64,000 nucleotides of DNA from positions 16,866,001 to 16,930,000 of the forward strand of contig CM075989.1 in NCBI GenBank assembly GCA_038087875.1, read 5' to 3'. The DNA is from Malacoraja senta (taxonomy: Eukaryota). The position numbers were made by a program, and so were the translations under genes. The stretch's first letter is position 1. Every line of letters begins with the position of its first letter. This document shows, piece after piece, positions 12,560-26,590 of this stretch. The notes below the pieces were generated by a model. That model saw only the letters and a program-made list of their open reading frames with translations, ran no database searches and was not told the origin of the DNA.

Positions 12560-13749
12560 TAAGATAACCTTATTTGCTCCTTGGTTTCAAATGTCTCACT
12601 CCGAAACCTTGAACAGCTTCTTTTAATGTTTGTGCCCCTCCCTTACCCATTGTATCTGACCAAACCTTTCCTTTATGTCCTTGTGTCTCTTTCTGTAGCT
12701 TGGTGTGAAATATTTTGTGAAGCACCTGAACAAGTTTTAGTATGTAAAGACGTTAATGTTGGGAGCCGGTGGAGGAGAGAGAGTATATTGTTTCGTTCCA
12801 TCAGTAAGAAACAGATTAGTCACGGTGGAGCATCAGCTAATGAAAGACATGTCCTATAGATGAGAAGAGCTTTATTACATGTTATTAACTTCTCATTTAT
12901 TTGCTAAACAATTTATTTCTCATAGTATTTTAGTAAAACGACCTCTCTATGTATATCGTCCTTTACACTCCAGCTATGTCATTCTGGATGTGCCGTTTTA
13001 TTATTAATGCAAAACAGTGTTACTAATGAAAAATCTCGTCAATCCTTTCAGCAGTGTTTGCTGATCTGAAGTTGGAAATTTGTGCAACTTGACCTTGCAA
13101 TCGACCTCAACGTGATGGATGCATCTATGGATAATTTAGCTTTCAGATTTTTCTAACAAGTATTGTTCTTAAAGGACCAGCCCGGGACACACAAACCTTC
13201 TCCTCTTCCTCTCTACACTTAGTGGGACTGAAGGCAACCCATTTCTTCCATCGTGTTACATCAAGCTGTCCATGTTGGTCCATAGACTGCTTCTGCAACA
13301 AATTCCTAGGCTGCAGAAGGGTCCAGACCTGAAGCATCTTCTTCCCTTTTCCTAATTCTGCCCTTCTCTTGCCCCTTGACTTGACTCTTGACCCTGATAC
13401 ACCATGTTACTCAGGATCACAGGGGGTTTGCAAAAAGGTGCATGAAACTTTATTGTTACATGCAAACCTTGATGAAAACAATGCGACCTGCAGTAGCTTG
13501 CTGATTTGCACTGGCGGGGAAGACTAGTTGTTCTTCCAAACCTGTAGGCAAGAAATTAATGCCACACTTCCAGCTTTCAGACAGCAAGTGCATTACCATG
13601 TACAGTGTGTGTTGGTGGAATGTATGATTGTGGCAGCCTGAAGGAAAGGATAAGGCATTAGCGAAGGTGAACAATGTTCATGCTGTGGTCAACATGATCT
13701 TCTGCATGCTGCTTGTTCTTATTGGCAAGAACTTCCAAAACCAAACGTA

Positions 13750-13970
13750 CACAAAGTGCTGGAATAACTCAGCAGGTCAGACAGCATCTTTGGACAACAT
13801 GGATAGGTGATGGGTCAGAAGAAGGATAGAGACACTGCTTACTTCAGAAGAAGGGTCCCAACCTGAAACATCACCTTTTCATGTTCTTCAGAGAAGTTGC
13901 CTGCCCTGCTGAGTTGCTCCAGCACTTTGTGTACTTTTGTGTATTAACCAGATCTGAAGTTCTTTGTTTC
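13750..13970. mobile_element. Short palindromic Penelope-terminal-repeat-derived element. Other copies at about 1-60, 16605-16785, 18461-18640, 21881-22085, 28675-28730, 31017-31220, 34593-34818, 36500-36800, 49110-49315, 57140-57232 and 58670-58762
   Basis: Inverted arms ..TGCTGGAGTAACTCAGC.. / ..GCTGAGTTACTCCAGCA.. and a GAAGAAGGG..GAAAC motif matching the 3' terminus of the Penelope element at 62640-62733. Confidence 0.7.
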
Positions 13971-14180
13971 TAAACGTCCAGGTCCATCTCATTAAAGAGA
14001 GCTAAGCTATGATAATTTTGGATCTTCTTCTAGTTCTGATCCATTGCCTAATTTAAAAACAGAAAATGCTTGAGATGCACAGCAGGTCAAGAAGCAACTG
14101 CAGAGAAAGAAACAGAACTCTGATGATGGGTCATTGACCTGACCATAATTCTCCCTCCACAGAGTCTGTCTGATCTGTGG

Positions 14181-14489
14181 GTTTAGTTTAGTTTAAAATA
14201 CAGCGCGGAAACAGGCCCTTCGGCCCACTGAGTCCGCACCGACCAGCAATCCCTGTACTCTAACACTATCCTACACAAGCTCGGGACAATTTACAATTAT
14301 ACCAAGCCAATTAACCTACAAACCTGTATGCCTTTGGAGTTTGGGAAGAAACCAAAAATCTCGGAGAAAACCCACGCAGGTCACAGGGAGAATGAACAGA
14401 CTCCGTACAGACAGCACCCATGGTCAGGATTGAACCCAGGTCTCTGGCTCTGTAAGTAGTAGCTCTATCACTACGCCACCGTGCTGTCC
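14181..14489 (-). mobile_element. HE1-like tRNA SINE
   Basis: Same body, boxes and (CTAAA)n tail as 12244-12559. Confidence 0.85.
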
Positions 14490-15094
14490 AATCTTTGGTT
14501 GTTTCCAGCATTCCCTGTTTTTCTTCTTCATATTTCCAACATCTGTTTTTCTGCTTTGCTGATCCATTGCCTAATTTATGAGATACTTCGTACATTTAGA
14601 CAAGTCCTCTTATTCATTTTCAGTTTGCTGATCACATACACAGTGATAACCAATGTGTCAGTGAGTTGTGTTAAATTATTTGCTGAGCAAAGTCTTTTCA
14701 GGATGTCAATGCATCAAGAGTTTCATATGTTACAGCTCGAACATCTGCCTTGCTGGCACATGAACACAAATAGAGAGAAATGAGTGAGCTGTAAGATTAT
14801 TTGAAGAATAAATGTGCATCAGATTGATTTGCAGCCCTCTGCGGTGCATGTTGCCATCTATCTGCTCCAGGTTCTTTTAACTAGTCTTATGCTGATAGCA
14901 TAACAGAGATATGCTGTCTTTTACCGCCTCCGCTTTCATAGCATCTGTTATGTTGACCGTGATAGGTGGTACCTCCTCTGGTGCTCTCTGAGGAAGGGGC
15001 ACTTGAATAATCAACAGACCAACCTTGCATGGCAACACCTCTTCCTGGCATTTTGCCCTGGTGTGGTGTTGTACTCGGTAAATAGTTGATGCCT

Positions 15095-15398
15095 TTAGAC
15101 ATTAGACTTTAGAGATACAGCATGGAAACAGGCCCTTTGGCCCACTGAGTCCGCACTAACCAATGATCACCCCGTACACTAACACTATCCTACACATTAG
15201 AGATTATTTTTTTAGCGAAAAAAATTAACCTACAAACCTGTACTTCTTTGGAGTGTGGGAGGAAACTGGGGCCCCCAGAGAAAACCCACATGATCACAGG
15301 AAGAATATACAAACTCTGTACAACAGCATCCGTAGTCACGATCGAACCTGGGCGTCTGGTGCTGTAAGGTAACAACTCTACCACTGCACCACTGTGCC
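15095..15398 (-). mobile_element. HE1-like tRNA SINE
   Basis: Same family; B box GGTTCGATC on the minus strand. Confidence 0.85.
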
Positions 15399-15760
15399 TT
15401 GGATAGCATTGCAGAGATATTTGTTGAATGGAGCACATGTGTGGCAGCAGGGGGTGGCTGTAGAGGGTGGCAGGGCCCACAGTGGGGAAACGTTTCATGG
15501 AGCCTTTGCAATCCTGAGAAGTAAATTGGTAGAGAGAGATTTCATTAAAAACTAGGTGGATAGTCTAACAAATCAAATCTCACTGGCTGACTTGCAGAAA
15601 TGACTAGTAAATCAACATCAAAAACCTGCAGATGCTGGAAATTTGAAAACAAAAATAGAAGACAGCCCAGTGGCGCAGTAGGAAGAGATGCTGCCTCATT
15701 GCACCAGAGACTGGGTTCAATCCTGACCTCGGAGACCCTCTGTATGGGTTTCCTCTGGGT

Positions 15761-16034
15761 ATTTATTTTAATTTAGAGATACAGCCTGGAAACAGGCCCT
15801 TCTGCCAAGCAAGTCTGCACCGACCAGTGATCCACACACACTAACACTATCCTACACACACGAGGGACAATTTACATTTATACCAAGCCAATTAACCTAC
15901 AAACCTGTATGTCTTTGGAGTGTCCGAGAAAACGGAAGATCTCGGAGAAAACCCACAGAAAACTCCGTACAGATGGCACCCGGGGCTCTGGCACTGTAAG
16001 GCAGCAATTCTACCATTGCACCACTGTGCCACCC
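15761..16034 (-). mobile_element. HE1-like SINE (internally deleted), part of a duplicated segment inserted into a plus-strand SINE (15661-15760 / ~16309-16540)
   Basis: SINE body and tail; its flank 16035-16305 matches 12561-12830. Confidence 0.8.
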
Positions 16035-16860
16035 TAAGTTGACCTTATTTGCTCCTTGGGTTAAAATGTCTCACTCCGAATCCCTGAATAGCTGAGTTTA
16101 ATGTTTCTGTCCCTCCCTTGACCAACTTTTTGCTTTGTGTTCTCGTGTCTCTTTCTGTAGCTTGGTGTGAAATATTTTCTGAAGCACCTTAACATGTTTT
16201 ACTATGCAAGAGCCACAATGAAAAGACATTAATGTTGGGAGCTGGTGGAGGAGGGATATTGTTAGATTCTCTTTTACATTTCATCAGAAAGAAAGAGATG
16301 GGCCACCAGTGCTCCGGTATCCTCCCACATCCAAAAGACGTATGGGTTGGTAGAATTATAGAGTATTGTAAATTGTTTCAGATGTAGGTGCGTAGTAGAT
16401 ACTGGAGTAAGTTGATGGAAATACAGGGAGAATACAATCTAGGATTAATGTAGGAATCATGTAAATGGATAGCTAATGATTGCTGTGTACTTCATATGCT
16501 GAAGGGCTTGTTTTTGTGCTGTATTGCTCTTTCTGTCTCTAAACTGTGGAAGCACCCAGCACTTTCTTGGTCCTGGAATGTTAACTCATTCTCTTTCAGA
16601 GAGATACGACAGACTGCAGATACTAATATGTTGAGCAAAAAACAAGGTTCTGGAGCAACACAGCAGGCCAGGCAGCATCTGTAGAACAGGAGAGCAGTAA
16701 GAATCACAGAGGGGGAACACCACGAGAGGGTCTCACAGAACTCCTACAATGCCGCTGGGCTGCTGAGTTACTCCAGCACTTTTATTTATGGCTCTGTTTC
16801 TCTTTCCACAGAGGCTGTCAATCTGCTGAGTATTTCCAACGTTTCTGTATTCATTTCATC

Positions 16861-17167
16861 TTTAGACTTTAGAGATATGGTGTGGAATCTGGGCCTTCAG
16901 ACCGACCGAGTCTGCACCGACCCGCGATCACCCCGTACCCTAGCACTATCTTTCACACTAGCGACAATTTACAATTTACAGAAGCCAATTGACCTATAAA
17001 CCCGCACGTCTTGGGATTGTGGGAGGAAACCGGAGCACATTGGGAGAAGCCACGTGGTCACAGGCAGAACGAGCAAACTCCGTACAGACAGCACCCATAG
17101 TCAGGATCGAACCCAGGTCTCTGGTGCTGTAAGGCAGCAACTCTACCGCTGCGCCACTGTGCCACCC
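16861..17167 (-). mobile_element. HE1-like tRNA SINE
   Basis: Minus strand GGCACAGTGGCGCAGCGG A box and GGTTCGATCC B box; family tail. Confidence 0.85.
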
Positions 17168-20100
17168 AACACACATCATTGAGAGTTGTGCAGTCTTCTG
17201 AACCATTGGCAGCATTCGGTGCTCAAGGAAGAGCAGCAACAAGGCCCATAAAGCCGAGCCTGGAGAGAGGAAGGAGCAAGTGGAGGAGGAGGCGGGGATG
17301 GTGTTACCATCAATCCCATAGTCCCAATTATTGAATCATAGACACAGAGGTGGCCATTCTGCCCATTGCTGGTCAAGAAACAGTTTAACTTAATTCCACC
17401 TTCCAACTGGTAGAGTCACAATAGTTCAACGTTGGCTCAAAGGTGGACAGGCAAGGAGAGGATGTCGGTTCGTTGGTCAATCCACGTGTCCAAGGAAATG
17501 TGATAGTTGGAGGCTTGCAGCAGCCTGCGGCTCGTCAAGAACGGGCTCCACTTATAACAACGGGAGTTTGAAAATGTCGCCAAAACATGTTGCCTCTTAC
17601 ATGCGGGCTCAGTGGACTATTTCTGTACAAATTGATCATTTTGTATGTGCTTAGGTTCCAACGTTCCCAACGTCGGAGTTTCCATCGTCCCGGCAAGAGG
17701 GCCTGTACATCGGGCCGTCCGTAGCGGTGACTGCGGAGGGTTCAGGGCCCCGACCACGGGTCCACAGAACAAGGAGGACTGACTGGACTTTTGTGCCTTA
17801 CATCACAGTGGGATGGATCCACTGTGGTGGATGTTTTATGTTTAATTTCTGTTGTGTATTGTGTTCTTTCTTTCTTGCTGGGAGAGGACTGCTCATCCGC
17901 CCAGCTTACCCTTGAGCAAAACTGCACAATGCAGATGGCACCACTCAACCTCGGTTAGAGTGAAAGCCACTTAATGTTAATGTAATGCTAATGTATGTGC
18001 TTAGGTATGGCAATACTCTACTGGACTGTTTGTAAGAAATTAATTTCACTGTGCGTTTGCACTTCGCACTGTGACAATAAAAGTGCCATTGAACCATTGA
18101 ACCACTGGTTCTGCAGGTCAAATCCTCTCCGTTTTGTTGACTTTGTGTTTATCTTCTGCTTTGACTCAGAGGGCTGAGGGATTTTGCTTTCTCGCCTTAA
18201 CATTGTTAAGTAACATATAAGGTGGCTGCTTCAATTGCCATCTTCACAGAATCATGTTGTTTTGTTGACGGTTGTTGAACAGCGTTGCTGAATCGCAAGA
18301 GGTTTCCCACCTCAGTGTTGTGAATTCATGAAATTGTAAGCACGTCGCCCAGCAAGTGTGAACTTTGCAACCAGATCAGATGGAGACATGCTGCACAGTA
18401 CATATCTGATCCATATCTCTCTATTCCCTGCATTTCCACGTGCCTATGCATAAGTGTTTAAGAAGGAACTGCAGATGGTGCAAAATCGAAGGTAGACAAA
18501 AATGCTGGAGAAACTCAGCGGATGTAGCAGCATCTATGGAGCGAAGGAAATAGGCAACGTTTCAGCCCGAAACGTTGCCTATTTCCCTCACTCCATAGAT
18601 GCTGCTGCACCCGCTGAGTTTCTCCAGCATTTTTGTGTGCCTATGCATAAGCCTCTTAAACGCCACATGGAGAAAAACATTGGAGTTTTGCTTTGAAACA
18701 TACATTTTATTCAGCATAAAAAATACATACAAAACAAGAACATTGCAAAAGCTCTACCAACATTCGCCGAGTCCATACATTTTTTTGTATCATATTCGGG
18801 TGTGTTTGCAAACTAACCTTAAACCTTGTCACTCATGTGGGCCCCTGGGGTGATATCCCTTCTCTTATTTGAGGGGTGTCTCCATTGGACTCTACCCCTC
18901 AATGTCCCACAGCGGATGGATCCAAGACTGTAGCCCTCCCCCACAGAGCCTTGGTGTTGGATGCACCGAGCTTCAGCCAGTCCCTCAACACAAACTCCTG
19001 TTGGCTGGACTGGGGTTTATATTTCTGAATGTTTATTGTTCTACCCGTCATGCCTGAATGTTTTTTATTGCAGTGTGATGCATGAAATGGAAGTATTGTA
19101 AAAACACTGGTACCATCTATGCCTGCTCATCTGCAGTTACTGAACACGAGATTTGGCAACATTTTCCCTGTTGATTCTCCTGAGGCTGAGGTCTCCAGCT
19201 TGGTATTGCTGCAGCAATTCACACAGATTACCTCTTTTGAATTTCACAGCTATTTTACCCATTCTGTACTTGTCAATCTATGTTACCCGGTGGACAAATG
19301 AATATTACTTGTTCAAGTTAAATTCATCTATTAGTGTCACCAGTGCTACCCAGTTTCCAAATCCTTGTTCTTCCCACATCCCTTACTAACTCATCTCTGA
19401 GGATCATCCCGACAACGAATAACTCTCCCTAAAATATGTTATCCCTTTTCCTGGTATCGTCCTTGTCTTGACATTGACCTTTGTTAGATTATTTAGTGAA
19501 GCAGATGTTATGGGGAGAAGGCAGGAGAATAGGGTTGGGAGGGAGAGATGGATTAGCCATGATTGAATGGTGGAGTAGACTTGATGGGCCGAGTGGCCTA
19601 ATTCTGCTCCTATCACTTATGAACCGACGAAGCACTTTTGTGTTCCATTGCACATACAGTGTTCAGTTGGTAAACACATGGAACTTTATTTTTGATGTAC
19701 AGGAGCATTATTAGTGAAGAGAATAAATGACAAATATGAGCCAGTCCTCCAATAAATGTACATATTGGAGAAGTATTAATTTTCAGGGCATGGTACCTGG
19801 GAAGTAGGACAAAGAGGGACACTGTTGAAAGTCTGGGAAAGGCGGAGGGGGTGGGGGGGGTGGTGGGAGGGGGAGGTAAGAGTAACAGAAGAAAGAACTC
19901 AAAGATGGAAAGCCAATTGAGCCACCTCCCTCAGAACATGAGGCCACTACTTCCCAGACAGCCACTGACTTCAATTCCTTCGGAGAATTTCCCTCCTGCC
20001 TCATCGCCTTCCTGACCTATCCAACCCGCTTCCAACTCCTTACCAGGATTCACAAGCAGGATAGTCTGAACCCAGCTCTTACCCCACCAAACATGGTTCC

Positions 20101-21581
20101 TCCTTCATTTCAAACTTATTTCCCAGGTCCAGCACCTTCCCACTTACATTCCTGTCACCTCTGTCACTCTCTGCCATTTTGGTAGTTTCCGGTTTCCTGG
20201 TCCCAACCAACTCATCTTCACCTTGAATGTACAATCCCTCTACAACTTCAGACGGGTCTAATTTAATTCCTCCTCGCTTAACCCCCTCAACCACCGCACT
20301 TATTTACTCTGAACTCATGTCCATGCTGGCTGCATGTGCCTATTTATACTGATCCTAGCACACTTGTTATGCCACGGCATTTCAGGTGCTTATCTAAGTT
20401 CTTTTGAAAGGTTGTGAGGACCTCATTTCACTTTCCTTCCAGCAATACGCTCCAGATCCCAACCATCTTCTGGTTGAAAGACATCCTTGCTCAAAAATCC
20501 CATCTAAATCTCCTCCCCCTAACCTTAATCCAGTGCTCCCTGATTATAGACACCTTCAATGAAAGTTTCTCACTGTCTACTCTGCGTACATTATTTCCCT
20601 CATAATTTTGTTTACCTCAGTCTGGATCCCTCCTCAGCCTCCACTACTCCAAGAAAAAGAAACAAATATAATATATTAAAATATAGTATAATTTTTAAAT
20701 TAACAAATATATTTTTATATCCGGTCTTTCCTCCTTGTTGACGCACTACCAGTGAATCCCCTCTAGCACCAAAGATCATAGAGCGGAGCTGGCATCCTCT
20801 GAACTTCGCACGCAGTGGAGTTCAAAAGTAGTGACAACAAATGTGTTTATGGCAAGTATTGGAGGTATAATGGTAATGTAATGACAGTGGGTATGTTAAA
20901 TAGTCTAAACTAGCTAGTGTCTTATGAACACTGCATGGAGTGGAGTTTAAAGGTAGGGAAAATTAATATGTTAAATAACAGATACTAACTGGCAACTTGA
21001 TTAATGCATTAATGAATTGTACATTACACCGACAGCTTTTGGGAGTTCCACACTATTTTTGTATCATGACCAATCAAATTCCTTTTTTATTTGAAAAATC
21101 TCCATCTAGAATAAAGTCCTGCATTGTTTAACCTCTTTTGTTAAGAATATCTTTGTAAATCTTATTTGCATCTTTCCAGAGCATCTGTAACATTTCTTTA
21201 CAGGCAGTGTACACAGTAATCCACAGGTGTGGTTTTACTGAGGCTGGACACAAATTTAACTTTCCTGTTGCTTAGTTCATCCCACTAGAAATGAACCCCA
21301 GTGCTTGACTTTATTGCCTCGTTAAAAATCATTACCTGGCATTTTAATTAATTTGTGCATCTACTTCCAGATCCTATTCCTCTTCTACTTTATTTTGACA
21401 TTTATTTTAGAAGGAATATGTCAATTTCTATCGACCTAACTGCACTCCATTTATATTTAAATTCATTGCCAATAGGGATGGGGGAGGGGGAGGGGAGGAG
21501 GGGGGAAGGGGAGTCAGTCTACCCCACGACAGAATTTATGAAAATATAGAGCAACTCCAAGTGAATGGTGCAATAAGTTTA

Positions 21582-23714
21582 AACAGTACACCTATGCATA
21601 AAATAACAGTTCCGTCGTTTATTAAATTAAATAAAAAGATTTGTTAATTGTATGTTCCTTTCTGACACCATCCCCAAATTCTGAATGGTTTTTCTGCCTA
21701 CGGAGTACAGATTATTAATTATGAACAAAAATTGCTTCTAGCAACAATCCATGTGGCACAATATTTCACAAGCGTGGGAAGTCCTTAAAGTCACATTGAA
21801 CCTTTGGGCTATGAATATTGTTTTGCCAGTTTGCTGCCCATTTGCTGCCTGGACCCAATTGTACACGTTTTAAGTAGACACAAGGAATTGCAGATGCTGG
21901 TTTACAAAAAAAGACACAAAATGCTTGAGTAACTCAGTGGGTCAGGCAGCATCTCTGGATAGGCGACAATTTGTGTTGGGACCCTTCTTCAAACTGAAGA
22001 AGGGTCCTGATCCAAAATGTTGCCTGTCCATGTTCTCAAAGAATGCTTTCTGACTCACTGAGTTACTCCAGCATATTGTGTCTTTTTATATACATATTTT
22101 GATCCTGTTTATGATACTTCCTCAATGGAGTATCTCATCAATGTTAACTTCTTACGTGTCAAAAACGCAGTTCCACAGTGCATATTTTGTGGGTGCAATG
22201 GAAACTGGGAATTGGTTCTAAAATAGCACTGATCTGACTGTGGTTCGTTTGGGGCCCTGGGCCTTAATCCACACCAAAGATACTGATCCACACTGTTGAA
22301 ATGACATCACATGCACCGTTTTCATTGGAAATAGCACCCTCTAGTGCGTGGAGGGAAATTTAAGAGCAATGATGCAAAAGATGGCCACTCATAGCTCTTG
22401 CACATGTTGGATGATCTCATAATGAATTAGGTCAATCATTGTGTGTCTAGTGCAACTGAACGATGTTATTATGATTGTGGCGTGCTCATTTGTGGTGTGG
22501 GTTGCATCTTCTGCCATCATAATTATACAGCACGGAATCAGGCCCTTCAGCCCAGCTCCTCAGTGTCGACCATGATGTCTATCTGAACTAATGCCATTAT
22601 ATCCCATATCCATCTCGACCCTTTTTATCCATGTAACTGTCCACATTTTTTAAACATTGTAAGCATATGATTTCCACTGAAATCTCATTCCATATACCCA
22701 CCATTTACCCTGTGTGTAAAAAAAGTTTATTTTCAAAGATTCTTTAAGATCCCTTTAAACATTATTCCCTGTCAGCTTAAACCTATGCCTTCTAGTTTTG
22801 GACTCACCTACTTTTATGATCAAAGACTGTGACCATCCACCTTGTATATAATCTTCATGATTTTTTATATTCTATAAGGTCACCCCCTCAATCTTCTATC
22901 CTCCAGAAAATGAAGTCCTTGCCCATCCAGCCTCTCCTCACAACTCTAGTCCTCCAGCCCTGGTAATATCCTCGTGAAATTTCACTGCATCCTATCCAAT
23001 GTAATGACATCCTTCATAAAGCTTTGGAATTACGCCAAACACTCCAAGTGTAGTTTCTACAATAACTTGTATAGTTAAAATGTGATATTGCAACCACTAT
23101 ACACAATGCACTGACCAATGAAGGCAAGCATGCCAAATGCCTTATTCACTACCCTGTCACTTTCAGGAATGTATGTACCAGTGCTTCTAGATATCTCTGT
23201 TCTACAATACTCTACAAGAACTTACCATTTACTGTGTGAACCCTGCCCTGGGTTAACTTATCAAAATGCAACAAACTTGTCAAATTACATTCCATCTGCC
23301 ATTCCTTGGTCACTTCTCCGGTTCATCTAGCTTCTGCTCTAATCATAGCTAACCTTCTTCAATGTCTCGTACAAAGCCTATTTTGGTGTCATTTGCAAAC
23401 GTATTAACTGTGTTAACAATATTATGTAGATGAAAAAACCCCAAAGTGAACCTAGCACCGATCTCTGTGGCACAGTTCTCCAATCTGATTCATGACCATC
23501 CATTGCTAAGACAAAGAAGGAAGGTATATCATGGTAAAGGGCAAAGTTGATAATAATATCCTAACACTGGTGAATATCTATGCTCCCCCGATGGTGATAA
23601 ACATTTTTTCAAATCCCTATTTGATATTATTGCAATGGGAGCAGAAGAAATTTGTATATGTGGAGGGGATCTGAATGTTGTACTGAATCATCGGCTTGAT
23701 ACGACAAATAAAAA
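21582..23714 (+). repeat. Left arm of a 2.1-kb inverted duplication
   Basis: Reverse complement of 29389-31520 along its length; mirrored ORFs 22109-22291(-)/30811-30993(+) and 23118-23330(+)/29697-29987(-) are near-identical. Confidence 0.95.
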
Positions 23715-24826
23715 GAAGAATAAGAACCAGTTAATAAAACTAATAAACACTACCTGTGAAGAATTTGGTTTTCTTGATGTCTGGAGGCATTTTCACCCTC
23801 CAGAAAGAGACTATACACATTACTCAACTCAGTTTACTCCAGAATAGACTATTTCTTAATGCAGAAAAGAAGACTGTTATAGGGTAACGGATTGCAGAAT
23901 TGGTGTGGCAGATGTATCAGACCATAATGCCATATACTTAACAATTCAAATGGACAGTAATAGGAAAAACAGTGTGGCGATTAAATGTTGGAATACTAAA
24001 TGATAAAACAACCGTTAATGACATTAAATTGGAAATCAAAAGGTATCTAGAGGAGAATGTTAATGGGGAGGTGCACCCATCCATACTATGGGACTCATTG
24101 AAGGCTGTAGTACGAGGTAGGTTAATAGCTAGGGCATCACATATTAAAAAGGCCAGAAAGAAAACATATAATAAGTTGATACTAGACCTGAAGGATTTAG
24201 AACAGAAGTATGAAAATAATAAGGACCAAAGAACTTATAAACAAATAGAAGATTTGAGAGGACAAATGGATGGAATATTGGGTCAAGAGGTGGAGAAAAA
24301 AGCAAGATTTGTAAAACAGGCACATTATGAGCTAGGCCCTAAATCCACTAAAATACTTGCCCGGAGGCTACGCAAACAACCGGCTGACAACACCAGACAC
24401 AAAATTAAGGACCCCTGTACACAGAAATTGAAGAGTGATCCAAAGGAAATAGAACATATCTTCCAGGAATATTATAAAGAATTATATACACAAACCTCCA
24501 GAGTAGATGGGGAATCAATGAGGACTATTTTAAGTAGAATAGATCTGCCATCTATTGGAGAGACACAAAATAAAATAATCACAGCAGAAATATCGCTGGA
24601 GGAAATGGAGAAGACAATTCGTAGGATGAAAACCAACAAGGGCCCAGGCATCGACGGTTTCCCTATAGAATAGTATAAAATATTTCTGAATGAGCTGAAC
24701 CCACTTCTTCTAAGAACCTTTAACTGGATTATCAAAGAAGGCAAGACACCTCCGTCATGGAAAGAGGCAATTATAATATTAATCCACAAAGAGAACAAGG
24801 AAAATTGTACCAACTGCAGACTGATA
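23508..24826 (+). mobile_element. L1-clade LINE ORF2 fragment (endonuclease to start of RT), cut off at the Helitron
   Basis: DKEGRYIMVKG..LVNIYAP, GGDLN, SRIDYFL, SDHNAI, WRLN, KGPGIDGFPIE; frameshifts and stops. Confidence 0.88.
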
Positions 24827-25211
24827 TCTATCTATCTATATTACTAAAAGTAAGATCTTGACCGCTTTTGACTCACTGCGATGTGATTTCCGAGAGGACG
24901 CCGCCACTTACGGCCGTTATTTTTGGCCAACTCGCACAGAGCCCCCCGCCGCCGGACTGGACTGGAGGATTTTTCCCATCGACGAAATATCTGAGAGATA
25001 TTAATGTTTTAAAATGTTTTGCCATTCGCTCTGCTGCCCCTGCTGGTGGGAGGGGGGAGGGACTATAAAACCCAGAAGTGGTGTGCCTCACTCAGACTCT
25101 GCAAGTTGGAGGAAGCGAGAGGGTCACATCTCTCTGAGCTCTGAATAACACTGAACACATATCTACTCTACTGTGAGTGCCCATAATGTGGTTTGAAAAT
25201 GAAAATATGGA

Positions 25212-25988
25212 TGGTTTGAAGTAAAAAGGCACTGCAAATGGTTGTTTGGGGGTTTTGGGTTGAAGTAAAAAGGCACTGCAAATGGTTGTTTGGGGGGTTT
25301 GGGTTGAAGTAAAAATGCACTGCAAATGGTTCTTTGGGGGTTTTGGGTTGAAGTAAAAAGGCACTGCAAATGGTTGTTTGGGGGTTTTGGCTTGAAGTGA
25401 AAAGGCACTGCAAATGGTTGTTTGTAGGGTTTTGGGTTGAAGTAAAAAGGCACTGCAAATGGTTGTTTGGGGGGTTTTGGGTTGAAGTAAAAAGGCACTG
25501 CAAATGGTTGTTTGGGGTTGAAGAAAAAAGCACTGCAAATGGTTGTTTGGGGTTTTGGGTTGTAGTAAAAAGACACTGCAAATGGTTGTTTGGGGCTTTT
25601 GGGTTGAAGTAAAAAGGCAGTGCAAAGGGTTGTTTCGGGGTTTTCGGTTGAAGTAAAAAGGCACTGCAAAGGGTTGTTTGGGGGTTTTGTGTTGAAGTAA
25701 AAAGGCAGTGCAAAGGGTTGTTTGGGTGTTTTGGGTTGAAGTAAAAAGGCACTGCAAATGGTTGTTTGGGGGTTTTGGGTTGAAGTAAAAAGGCAGAGCA
25801 AAGGGTTGTTTGGGGGTTTTGGGTTGAAGTAAAAAGGCAGTGCAAAGGGTTGTTTGGGGGTTTTGGGTTGAAGTAAAAAGGCAGTGCAAAGGATTGTTTG
25901 GGGATTTTGGGTTGAAGTGAAAAGGAACTGCAAATGGTTGTTTGGGGTTTTTGGGTTGAATTGAAAAGGCACTGCAAATGGTTGTTTG
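25212..25988. repeat. 44-bp minisatellite, about 17-18 copies
   Basis: Unit GAAGTAAAAAGGCACTGCAAATGGTTGTTTGGGGGTTTTGGGTT; successive units start at 25218 and 25262. Confidence 0.95.
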
Positions 25989-26367
25989 TCTAAACTTGAC
26001 AACTTCCTGTTTGCACTATATTGATTTTAGATAAAACGCTGCCACTTACGGCTGTGATTTTTGGCCATCTTACTCAGTCCCCCTCCGCTCATCAGGTGCA
26101 GAGGATTCTTCCCATCAATGAAAAATAAAAGTGTTATTAGTGTTTAAAAAATGTTGAGAATCTCTCCCCTGTCAATCCCGCCATGAAGGCCACACCTTTT
26201 CTGGTGTGAGGGGGAGGGATTATAATACCCGGAAGTGTGGGTGTGGCTCAGTCTCTGCATGATGGGGGAGGGAGAGGTCACGACCCTGTCTGAGCTGTGA
26301 ATCAACTGAATACACTGAATGTCTACTGAACTGTGAGTGTGGTTTTATTATGGTTTTATGGTGGTTT

Positions 26368-26590
26368 CACCCTGCTTGAAATGGTATGAAACTGCATTTG
26401 AATGTGGTGGCCTTGCACCCTGCATGAAATGGTATGAAACTGCATTTGAATTTGGTGGCTTTGCACCCTCCTTGAAATGGTAGGAAACTGAACCTGAATT
26501 TGGTGGCCTTGCACCCTGCTCGAAGAGGTAAGAAACTGCACTTGAATTTGGTGGCCTTGCACCCTGCTTGAAATGGTAGGAAAATGGATT
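26368..26590. repeat. ~48-bp minisatellite, about 4-5 copies
   Basis: Repeated CACCCTGCTTGAAATGGTA.GAAACTGCATTTGAATTTGGTGGCCTTG. Confidence 0.85.

Noticed and set aside
25212..25988. CRISPR-like regular repeat array
   Set aside because: Units are head-to-tail with no unique spacers, there are no cas genes, and the context is vertebrate.
25092..26002. Three overlapping 265-279 aa ORFs on the minus strand
   Set aside because: Artefact of a stop-free 44-bp minisatellite; the same peptides cycle through all three frames.
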